A stretch of DNA of 64,000 nt from a virus. Taxonomy: Duplodnaviria; Caudoviricetes. Below the pieces are notes generated by a model. The model saw only the letters and a program-made list of their open reading frames with translations. It did not search any database and was not told where the DNA came from. The DNA is taken from IMG/VR virus record IMGVR_UViG_3300028832_000131, positions 10,105 to 74,104 of that record; one strand, written 5' to 3'. A program made the position numbers and the translations under genes. Positions 25,436-33,453 of the stretch are shown piece after piece (within the stretch, counting starts at the first letter, position 1; each line of letters opens with the position of its first letter).

Positions 25436-27037
25436 ATGGACGAAAACAATGTTGAAAATGTTAATCAAAATGTTGAAAATAACAATGAAACTCCTGTTTC
25501 TACTCCAAGTAGACCAACAGACAGGGTACAAAATCCTGTAATGATTGCTCCTGCCGAATTAAGATTATATGGTAGAAAAGTAATTTATGCGGATTTTCAT
25601 GCTGACGAAATGAATACTGAGACGATTAAGAAGATTTTAAATGACGTTTTTAATATTCATGTTCAAAATGCAAGTGAAATTGATTATTTAGAAAAGTATT
25701 ATAGAGGTTATCAACCTATTATTGGTAAGAAAAAAGAAGTAAGACCTACCATTAATAACACGGTTGTAGAAAATAATGCGTATTTCGTAACAGAGTTTAA
25801 GAAAAGTTATGTATTTGGTGAGCCTATTCAGTACGTTCAACGTGGAGACGTTGCTAACGAAGAGGTTTCAACCTTAAATAGTTATATGTTAGCCAAAGAC
25901 AAGTATCCTAAAGATACTGAATTGGCTGAAAGTATATATGTATCAGGAATAGGACACAGAATAGTACTTCCTAGTTCTGATTATGATAGTCCGTTCGATA
26001 TTGAAAACTTAGATAGTAAAAATACGTTTGTAGTATATTCTAGTTTCTTACCTCACGAAAGATTGTTTGCTTTCACTTATACAATAGGTGTTAAAGATAG
26101 CAATTTAAGAGGTAGTATATATACTAAAAACGCTTATTACGAAGTTAATAAGGATTCAGTAAGTTCGGAGTTTAATGTAGTGTTTAAACAAAATCATATA
26201 TTAGGTGATATACCGATATTTGAATATTGTTTAAATAAATCTAGGTTAGGTATTATTGAAGTAATTATGGATTTGTTAAATCAAATAAACCGAATTACTT
26301 CTGATGAAATTGATGGATTAGAGCAATTTATTCAAAGTATCTTAGTATTTGTAAACCAAGATATAGATGCTGAGGATTATGCTAGTTTACTTGATTTAGG
26401 TGCTGTAAAAATTGCTACTAGCGACCCATCAAGACCTGCTGACTTAAAGTTGCTATCTAATAACATAGACCATGGTAATACTAAGATATTACATGATAGG
26501 TTATTAAATACTGCTTTACAAATAATTGGTATTCCTAAAAGTAACGAAAGAACGTCTGGTGGAGATACTGGTCAAGCCCGTATGTTATCAGAAGGTTGGA
26601 CTATGGCGGATGAACGTGCTAAACAAGACGAAATGCAGTTTAAACGCTGTGCTAAACCAGAGTTAGAGTTAATTTTAAGAATATGTACTTTATCACCTTG
26701 GAGTGATATTAATTCATTAACTTTGAAACAAGTTGAACAAAAGTTTACTCGTAATAAGAGTGATAACTTCCTAGTTAAGTCTCAAGGATTGATGAATCAA
26801 ATTAATAGTGGAGTTTCACCTGACGTTGCTATGGCTACTACAGGCTTATATAGTGACACTAACGAGGCTTATAACAAATCAATGGCTTTCTATGGAGGAG
26901 TTGATAATTGGATTAAGTTATTTGTAGGTGAGGCTAACAAACAACTTAGGGAAAAGAAGAATGATGAACAGTCTTCTTTAGATAGTGGAGACAACCCTCC
27001 TAAAGAAGGAGAGGAAACTTCAAATGGGGATGAATAA
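25436..27037 (+). CDS. Portal protein (SPP1 gp6-like)
   Basis: YYRGYQPI, NNTVVENNAYFVT.FKKSYVFGEPIQY, LNQINRITSDEIDGLEQF; start taken at the ATG after GGTGA. Confidence 0.92.
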   Translation: MDENNVENVNQNVENNNETPVSTPSRPTDRVQNPVMIAPAELRLYGRKVIYADFHADEMNTETIKKILNDVFNIHVQNASEIDYLEKYYRGYQPIIGKKKEVRPTINNTVVENNAYFVTEFKKSYVFGEPIQYVQRGDVANEEVSTLNSYMLAKDKYPKDTELAESIYVSGIGHRIVLPSSDYDSPFDIENLDSKNTFVVYSSFLPHERLFAFTYTIGVKDSNLRGSIYTKNAYYEVNKDSVSSEFNVVFKQNHILGDIPIFEYCLNKSRLGIIEVIMDLLNQINRITSDEIDGLEQFIQSILVFVNQDIDAEDYASLLDLGAVKIATSDPSRPADLKLLSNNIDHGNTKILHDRLLNTALQIIGIPKSNERTSGGDTGQARMLSEGWTMADERAKQDEMQFKRCAKPELELILRICTLSPWSDINSLTLKQVEQKFTRNKSDNFLVKSQGLMNQINSGVSPDVAMATTGLYSDTNEAYNKSMAFYGGVDNWIKLFVGEANKQLREKKNDEQSSLDSGDNPPKEGEETSNGDE

Positions 27038-27377
27038 CTCCCCCCATATCGGGAGTGAAAGGTAAATACTTTTACTCCTGTCCAATAAACAAAGAAAAAC
27101 AGACTAATATCAACTTTTTCTTTCCTTATGTGTCGCCTTTATAGGTGGCACACAGTAGATATGAATAATAATGGTGAGATTGACAATGCAAACTGCTACT
27201 GCATACCGTATTTTTGTTTGGTGGTAGCGATAACCAGCAAAGAGTAAAGTCAACGTAGTTATATCTATTGTGTGGTGCTTATAAAAGCACTAGAACTTCT
27301 TCTTGTTCTGTTTAGGTAAAAGTCATTAATACGCTATCTATTTTTATAGGTAGCATAGAGTAGATATATAAATAAAT

Positions 27378-27453
27378 GGGTTTATCGTTTAACAGGAAAG
27401 GATTATGGTCTCCAAAACCATTGATTAGGGTTCGAATCCCTATGAATCTGCCA
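27378..27453 (+). tRNA. trnW: tRNA-Trp (CCA)
   Basis: Full cloverleaf: ATGGT-CTCCAAA-ACCAT anticodon arm, TAGGG-TTCGAAT-CCCTA T-arm, G discriminator, encoded CCA; 76 nt. Confidence 0.9.
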
Positions 27454-27579
27454 ATATATCTATTCTATGGTGCTTATAAAAGCATTAAATCTGCTCATCA
27501 TAGAGAGCATAAAATCTATGACACTCTAATAAGTTGGAACGAGGCAACTATAAAAGCGTAAGAGTGGGAGGAAAAATTA

Positions 27580-28212
27580 ATGGAAGAGGCAATTCAACAG
27601 GTGTTAAGTAATGAAACTTACACTACGGATGAGGAAAGGGTAGATGCTATCAAAAAAGAGTTAGCCAAATTGGTTATCCCTAAAGATAAGTATAATGACC
27701 TTAGTAGTCGTCTAAAGAATACGGAATCTGAATTATCGGCTTTGCAAACCGAGTATGAAGATTTCAAAAAGTCTAAAATGACTGATGATGAAAAAAGAGA
27801 GAGTGAAAGGAAACAGTTTGAAGAGCAAATAAAGCAAAATGCTATTGCTAAAAGCGATTTAGCGGTACAAAAGTTGTTACTTCAAAACGGTATTGAAATC
27901 AAAGACGAAGATACTGAATTGAAAGAAACACTAGCAACTATTGTTAGCGAAGATTATGATAAATCTCTTAAACTAGCAAATAGTTTTATATCTTTAATCA
28001 ATAAGACTAAAGACCAAACTGCTAAAGAAACAACTACAAAGTTGTTGAACGACACTCCTAAACCAATCGGTGGATTAGACAGTTCGTCTTCATTAAGTAA
28101 AGTTGATATGTTAAAGAAAGACTTAGAAGAGGCTATCAAAAATAAAGATAGCATGAAACAAACTGAGTTAATTAGTCAAATATATCAAGAAGAGCATAAA
28201 ACAGGGATTTAA
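27580..28212 (+). CDS. Capsid scaffolding protein
   Basis: IPKDKYND, coiled coil, KSKMTDDEK; directly before the capsid gene. Confidence 0.85.
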   Translation: MEEAIQQVLSNETYTTDEERVDAIKKELAKLVIPKDKYNDLSSRLKNTESELSALQTEYEDFKKSKMTDDEKRESERKQFEEQIKQNAIAKSDLAVQKLLLQNGIEIKDEDTELKETLATIVSEDYDKSLKLANSFISLINKTKDQTAKETTTKLLNDTPKPIGGLDSSSSLSKVDMLKKDLEEAIKNKDSMKQTELISQIYQEEHKTGI

Positions 28213-28217
28213 TTGTT

Positions 28218-28236
28218 AGCACTTTTCAAAGGGAAA
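28218..28236 (+). promoter_or_regulatory. AGCACTT-N3-6-AAAGGGAAA leader motif
   Basis: Recurs before capsid (28218), tail tube (32165) and distal tail (36668) genes. Confidence 0.5.
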
Positions 28237-28260
28237 AAAATATTTTGAGAGGTGATTTTA

Positions 28261-29250
28261 ATGAACACAGGAACAGTACAATCATTTTTAGTTCCTAACT
28301 ATTCAGGTTTACTTTACAATAAAGCAAATACTGATACGCCATTCCTTAATTCAATTTCTGGAAGGGTAAAATATACTAACTCAGTTGAGTTCGTTTGTGG
28401 TCAATATTATACGAGTGAAGAAGGTGCAATCCCTAATATTAGTGAAACTGCATCATTAACTGCTCCAGATGCTACTTACGTAACTAGAACTCAATTAAGT
28501 AACGTAACACAAATATTCCATGAAACTGTTGCAGTTAGTTATGCAAAACAATCTAATATGGCAACTTTAGGTGGAGTAAATATTGCAGGACAAGTTGAAA
28601 ATCCTACAAACGAGTTAGATTTCCAAACTAACGCAAAAATGAACAAAATTAAGAGAAGTATTGAAAAAACTTTCATCCAAGGTACTTATAACAAGGCTGC
28701 TAGTGATAGCCAAGTAAATAAGACTCGTGGTATTCTTGCTGCTATTACAAGTAACGTAATTGCTGCTAGTGGTGCTGCATTAGACTTATGGTTAGTTAAT
28801 GACTTAGTAACTGAAATTAAAGAATCAGGTGGAGACATTTCTAACTTACTAATGCTAGTAAACGCTACTAACCTATTACAATTACATGGTAATGCAATAG
28901 AAATGGGTATGAAAGTTGGAGAACCTTATGCTAATGCTTATGGTATTATGGTAAGAGATATTCTATTACCTATCGGTTGCGTATTACACTTCGGTTTAGG
29001 TGAGTTTATACCTGACGGAACAGCATTAATCTATAATCCATCAGTTTGTGGACCAGTTGAACAACCAGTTCCAGGAAAAGGTAACTTCTTTAGAGAAGAA
29101 CTTGCTAAAGATGGTGCAAGTGTTAAATATCAAATCTTTGGACAAATCGGTCTTGACCATGGACCAGAATGGTATCATGGAAAGATTACTGGTTTAAGTA
29201 CTACATTCACTAAACCAGATGGTATCAAAGTTAAGACAGTTAGTGCTTAG
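28261..29250 (+). CDS. Major capsid protein
   Basis: 332-aa ORF after the scaffold; TPFLN, SNVTQIFHETV, KTRGIL, GQIGLDHGPE. Confidence 0.92.
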   Translation: MNTGTVQSFLVPNYSGLLYNKANTDTPFLNSISGRVKYTNSVEFVCGQYYTSEEGAIPNISETASLTAPDATYVTRTQLSNVTQIFHETVAVSYAKQSNMATLGGVNIAGQVENPTNELDFQTNAKMNKIKRSIEKTFIQGTYNKAASDSQVNKTRGILAAITSNVIAASGAALDLWLVNDLVTEIKESGGDISNLLMLVNATNLLQLHGNAIEMGMKVGEPYANAYGIMVRDILLPIGCVLHFGLGEFIPDGTALIYNPSVCGPVEQPVPGKGNFFREELAKDGASVKYQIFGQIGLDHGPEWYHGKITGLSTTFTKPDGIKVKTVSA

Positions 29251-29281
29251 TAAATAAATCATATTCAAAGGGAGAAGTAAG

Positions 29282-30187
29282 ATGGAAAAGAAAAAAATAG
29301 TATTATTACAACATTATTACAACGAAATAGGTGGAATTGAAACATTTCTACGAAACTTCTGTAAGAGGTTTGGTGATGAATATGATATGACACTTGTATG
29401 CCGTGAAATAAGTTTTGAAAATGCTATCGTTCTTAGTAAATACGTTAACGTAGTTATTGAACTTACTTCCCCAATAGAGTGTGATATTTGTATTATAACG
29501 AGTGTTTTGGTTGATGATGAATACTTCAGCCAAATAAGGTATAAAGAAATATATCAAATGATACATTCCGATTGGACGGCTATGAAAAAGTTTTGGGATT
29601 GGAAGTTTCGAGAAAAAGACCCTAATACTAAATACATAGCAGTTAGCGAATGTGCTAGGCAATCTTTTATTAGAGAGTTTAATAAGGATAGTGTAGTTAT
29701 ACCAAATATATTGGATGATGAAGATTATCAAATAAAAATAGTAGTATTTAGTAGATTAACTGAAGAAAAAGGTTATGCTAGATACTGTACTTTGTGCGAT
29801 TTGTTTGAAAAATATGGATATACTTATGTAATAGACGTATTTGGAACTAATCCGCTTAATTACGTTAACTATAAAAACTTGATAATTCATGACCCTATAC
29901 GAGACGGTCAACGAGTTATGAAGGCTTACGATTATGTCGCTCAATGCTCTGATACAGAGTCGTTTTGCCTGACAATGTACGAGGCTTTGCAACAACACGT
30001 TCCCGTCTTGGTAACACCGTTTCCTAATGCCGTATTAGACATTAAGGACGGAGAAAATGGTTATATACTACCATTCGATATGAAACTTACTAAGAAAGAT
30101 ATTGATAAAATAGTTAATAAGATTCCTAAAAATGTTGATTATAAGCAGAAGGGAGTTTACGAGTTATGGAAAAAAATATTAAAGTAA
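29282..30187 (+). CDS. GT-B (GT4-like) glycosyltransferase
   Basis: IGGIETF, YIAVSE, VIPN, SRLTEEKG, SDTESFCLTMYEAL...PVLVT. Confidence 0.88.
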   Translation: MEKKKIVLLQHYYNEIGGIETFLRNFCKRFGDEYDMTLVCREISFENAIVLSKYVNVVIELTSPIECDICIITSVLVDDEYFSQIRYKEIYQMIHSDWTAMKKFWDWKFREKDPNTKYIAVSECARQSFIREFNKDSVVIPNILDDEDYQIKIVVFSRLTEEKGYARYCTLCDLFEKYGYTYVIDVFGTNPLNYVNYKNLIIHDPIRDGQRVMKAYDYVAQCSDTESFCLTMYEALQQHVPVLVTPFPNAVLDIKDGENGYILPFDMKLTKKDIDKIVNKIPKNVDYKQKGVYELWKKILK

Positions 30188-30327
30188 GAGTTACTCAATA
30201 TTATAGAGATATTGTAGAGGACACATACTTTACCGCTGGTACAGTTCGCTACTTAGATTATCAACGTGCTAGGGAATTATTAAGTAAAGGTTTAATAGTA
30301 ATAATGGAGATAAGGAAGTGTAAATAA
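30166..30327 (+). CDS. 53-aa protein (KVRV..YY.D...RARELLSKG type, often in head modules)
   Basis: ORF overlaps the GT stop and the next start exactly. Confidence 0.55.
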   Translation: MEKNIKVRVTQYYRDIVEDTYFTAGTVRYLDYQRARELLSKGLIVIMEIRKCK

Positions 30328-30659
30328 TGAGTGATAGTGAGAAAATAATAAAAATGAGAATATCTATTCTTGGAGCATCTGATGATGATTCGCAAGACGA
30401 TTTATTATATTCAATGTTAGACGATGCTAAAAGCATCGCATTAGATACACTTTATCCATTTGACCCAAACGCAGAACTTCCTAGCACATGGAGAATGGAT
30501 ATGTGGTTAGTAAGGTGTGCAATCGAACTATACAATAAGAAAGATAACACTAATGTTCAAATGTATACTGAAAATGGTATATCTGTGTCTTATCTAAGTG
30601 GATTAATTTCTAAGTCGTTATTAGACGAATTAATTCCTAAGGCTGGTGTTCCAAAATGA
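30327..30659 (+). CDS. Head-tail adaptor
   Basis: 110 aa, AIELYNK...YTENGISVSY; position in the module. Confidence 0.8.
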   Translation: MSDSEKIIKMRISILGASDDDSQDDLLYSMLDDAKSIALDTLYPFDPNAELPSTWRMDMWLVRCAIELYNKKDNTNVQMYTENGISVSYLSGLISKSLLDELIPKAGVPK

Positions 30660-31030
30660 TACCAGTAAAGGCGAATCCTGAAACTTGGGCTAAAAAGTTA
30701 TATATAGCCAGCAAGATTGGAACAGAGTTAGATGATGAGGGTAATGAAGTAAGTACTTATGCTACTCCCGTAGAATATTCCTTTAATTATAGAGGAGTTA
30801 AATCTAATGCTGAAATGGTTGAGTTTGGTGAAAAAGCGAGTATAACTCAAAGAATGGTAATACCAATTTCGTATGACGGAATGTTTAAAGAGTTTGACGT
30901 AGCATATTTATATGGGACAACTCCTGAAGGAGAATACAATAATGGTGACAAAGCCAATTATGTATTATTGCCTCCTAGAGTTGGTAATTCAGTAATAATA
31001 ATCTATATGCAAAAGATAGTAGGAGAGTAG
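30656..31030 (+). CDS. Head closure (stopper) protein
   Basis: Position and beta-rich sequence. Confidence 0.7.
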   Translation: MIPVKANPETWAKKLYIASKIGTELDDEGNEVSTYATPVEYSFNYRGVKSNAEMVEFGEKASITQRMVIPISYDGMFKEFDVAYLYGTTPEGEYNNGDKANYVLLPPRVGNSVIIIYMQKIVGE

Positions 31031-31037
31031 GTGTTTT

Positions 31038-31208
31038 ATGTATAAGTTCAGTAATGGTGTAGTAGTTTTTACGGAGGAAGATAAAGAGGCTTTCATAAAA
31101 GCGGGCTATGTTTTAGTAAAGGAAGAAAATGAAAACAAAGATAACAGCGGAACTATCAAGGAACAGTCTAAAGCAAGCAATAAAATTACTTCGAGAGTTC
31201 GAAAGTAA
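31038..31208 (+). CDS. 56-aa hypothetical protein
   Basis: MYKFSNGVVVFTEEDKEAFIKAGY...; AGGTG RBS. Confidence 0.5.
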   Translation: MYKFSNGVVVFTEEDKEAFIKAGYVLVKEENENKDNSGTIKEQSKASNKITSRVRK

Positions 31209-31665
31209 TTATCAAAAAGGTGTGCATGATTCAATAAAATCAGCCACCGAGGCTATGTATAATAAAGTCCTTCAAAACTGTTACGAAAACGGAATAAGTA
31301 ATCATACGAGTGAAATCCATTGGGAGTACGATGATTCAAAAAACATTGGGCGAGTATGGACTAACGATATGGTACTAATATTCAACGAAATGGGGACAGG
31401 AGTAAAAGGACAAAATAAACCTCATCCCAAAGCGGATGGCTGGGAATATGATATAAACGGACATGGCGAACAAGGCTGGTGGTATCCAACAACTGATAAT
31501 GACCCTAATCCAATAAAAAGAATTGGAAAAGACGGTCAATTAAGAGGTTGGACTGCTGGTTTGCCTAGCAGAAGAATGTTTTATGATGCTTACGAAAGTA
31601 TGAAAAATGAAATAGGAGACTATGTTGAAATCGAATTGCGAAAAAATATTGGCAATTTATATTAA
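31129..31665 (+). CDS. Neck/tail completion protein (HK97 gp10-like)
   Basis: FNEMGTG, AGLPSRRMFYDA. Confidence 0.75.
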   Translation: MKTKITAELSRNSLKQAIKLLREFESNYQKGVHDSIKSATEAMYNKVLQNCYENGISNHTSEIHWEYDDSKNIGRVWTNDMVLIFNEMGTGVKGQNKPHPKADGWEYDINGHGEQGWWYPTTDNDPNPIKRIGKDGQLRGWTAGLPSRRMFYDAYESMKNEIGDYVEIELRKNIGNLY

Positions 31666-31679
31666 AGGAGTGATTAAGT

Positions 31680-32165
31680 ATGGTAGTAGAAAATATATTT
31701 GATAGTGTGTTCTATCCTGCTTTTAAAGAGTATGTAGAGGCACACAACAATTATTCTGCTAAAGTAGTTAAAATTAATCCTGAAGACAGCAAAGTATTTC
31801 CTATAATACCTGTTAGACTACTTTCTGTATCCAATAGATATAACAATCTAAACTATGGTGAAGAAACTTATTCTTTTGGTATAGAAATTGATATATATGC
31901 CGTAGATACAACAGTTGAGGAAGTTGTTACTGAAAATAGCCAATCAACTGTTATACATAAAAAAGTATCTAAAAAAATGGTTTGCGACAATTTGTGTGAA
32001 ATAATAGTTGATTATATAAAAGAAACATATCATTTTACAGTAAGAGTAAATCATGATGCTCCTAACATGGATACAAATGTTCACAGGACATTAATTCGAT
32101 TAACTGGAGTATTAGATACTAAATATGGAAATGACAATTTAGTAATATATCCAACTTTGAGATAA
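31680..32165 (+). CDS. Tail terminator
   Basis: FPIIPV, FGIEIDIYA; position before the tube gene. Confidence 0.7.
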   Translation: MVVENIFDSVFYPAFKEYVEAHNNYSAKVVKINPEDSKVFPIIPVRLLSVSNRYNNLNYGEETYSFGIEIDIYAVDTTVEEVVTENSQSTVIHKKVSKKMVCDNLCEIIVDYIKETYHFTVRVNHDAPNMDTNVHRTLIRLTGVLDTKYGNDNLVIYPTLR

Positions 32166-32205
32166 GCACTTCTAAAAAGGGAAAAAATATGAGAGGTGAT
32201 TATTA

Positions 32206-32637
32206 ATGATAGACTTAGGTATTGAACTAAGAGTAAAAGCATCAACAGATGCAAAATATCCTTATGCAAAATTAGTAGCAGTTAAAGGTATGCCTGCAAC
32301 AGGACAAGCAGGTGGAAACGTAGAAACAACTACTTCAAGTGACCCAGTTAAAGTATATATTCCAGACCGTCCTGATACAGGAGATATGGACTTCACTTAT
32401 AACTATTCACAAGATAACTTAACAGCAGTTCAAGCAGTATGTGATAATACAGTAAAAGATATTCTTATCAAGTTCCCAGACGGAGCAGGATTTGAATACA
32501 AAGGTGTATGTCAAACTTGGATTAATGAAGAATCAGTTGGTGGAGTTATGGAATGTACTATTCATACAACACCAAGTGTTGCAGGAACTTATCTAAACTC
32601 AACACAAGTTGCTGCTAAAATAAGTGCAAGTAACTAG
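32206..32637 (+). CDS. Major tail tube protein
   Basis: VETTT..D..KVYIP..PDTGDMDFTYNY; siphovirus tube pattern. Confidence 0.85.
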   Translation: MIDLGIELRVKASTDAKYPYAKLVAVKGMPATGQAGGNVETTTSSDPVKVYIPDRPDTGDMDFTYNYSQDNLTAVQAVCDNTVKDILIKFPDGAGFEYKGVCQTWINEESVGGVMECTIHTTPSVAGTYLNSTQVAAKISASN

Positions 32638-32662
32638 GAAATAAAAGAGAGGGAAATTAACG

Positions 32663-33013
32663 ATGCGAAAATTGAAATTAAAAATCAAGGATGAAGAATA
32701 CATTCTTGAATATAACAGAGATTCGATTAAATGGTTAGAGTCAGTTGGTTTTGATATAGAACAACTAACTATTAAACCTCTAACTTATAGGGAAATGTTA
32801 TGGCAATCTTTATTCGTAAAAAACTATGGTAATACAGTAAATCCAAAATTAGCATTAAAACTAATGGATACGTATACTGAAGAACATGGTGCAAAAATGA
32901 CTGCTAAAGTAGTTAAGTTTGCACTAGACGAATACACGGCTTTTTTCAATGCCCTAGCAGATACAAACTCCGAGAAGACGGAGGAAGAGGAATTAGAGAT
33001 AATCGAACAATAG
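32663..33013 (+). CDS. Tail assembly chaperone G
   Basis: Between tube and TMP; contains the slippery site. Confidence 0.85.
   Translation: MRKLKLKIKDEEYILEYNRDSIKWLESVGFDIEQLTIKPLTYREMLWQSLFVKNYGNTVNPKLALKLMDTYTEEHGAKMTAKVVKFALDEYTAFFNALADTNSEKTEEEELEIIEQ
32941..32947 (+). other. -1 programmed ribosomal frameshift site (T TTT TTC)
   Basis: Heptamer is in register; the -1 frame is open from 32944 through ORF 33070-33453. Confidence 0.85.
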
Positions 33014-33453
33014 AAGAAGAAGGCAAGAAATATAAAAACTTAACAGATTGGTTTTATGATTTATTACCTTTGGCGATAACATACGGTATGTCTGTAAAAG
33101 AGTTTTGGGAAGATAACCCAGACCTGTTCTGGGCATACCGTTTTTCTTATTATAATAATATGAAAAATGAGCAAGAGGCTTTAAACTTCCAATTATGGTT
33201 ACAGGGATTATATTTCCATGAGGCTGTATCTGTAGCATTGTTTAATTCTTTTGGAAAAGGAAAAAAACTTACTTATTCCGACAAGCCTTATATTTTATCA
33301 CAAAAAGAGGAAGAAGAAGAGTATAAGAAACAACAAAAGAAGTTAGAAATACAAATTAAAAATCGTATTTCGGAAATGCAAAAGATAAAGGGCAAAGAAG
33401 AAGAGGCATTACCAAATCAAAAGGGAGAAGGTGGTGAAAACAATAATGGATGA
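32944..33453 (+). CDS. Tail assembly chaperone GT extension
   Basis: LAITYGMSVKEFWE..P; reached by frameshift. Confidence 0.8.
   Translation, partial: FQCPSRYKLREDGGRGIRDNRTIEEEGKKYKNLTDWFYDLLPLAITYGMSVKEFWEDNPDLFWAYRFSYYNNMKNEQEALNFQLWLQGLYFHEAVSVALFNSFGKGKKLTYSDKPYILSQKEEEEEYKKQQKKLEIQIKNRISEMQKIKGKEEEALPNQKGEGGENNNG

Noticed and set aside
27378-27453. Stop-codon reassignment or suppressor tRNA
   Set aside because: The anticodon is CCA (normal Trp). TAA, TAG and TGA all end well-formed genes and long genes are uninterrupted in code 11.
23514-29250. Group I intron or intein in terL, portal or capsid
   Set aside because: ORFs are continuous and of normal length, with no intein splice motifs or embedded endonuclease.
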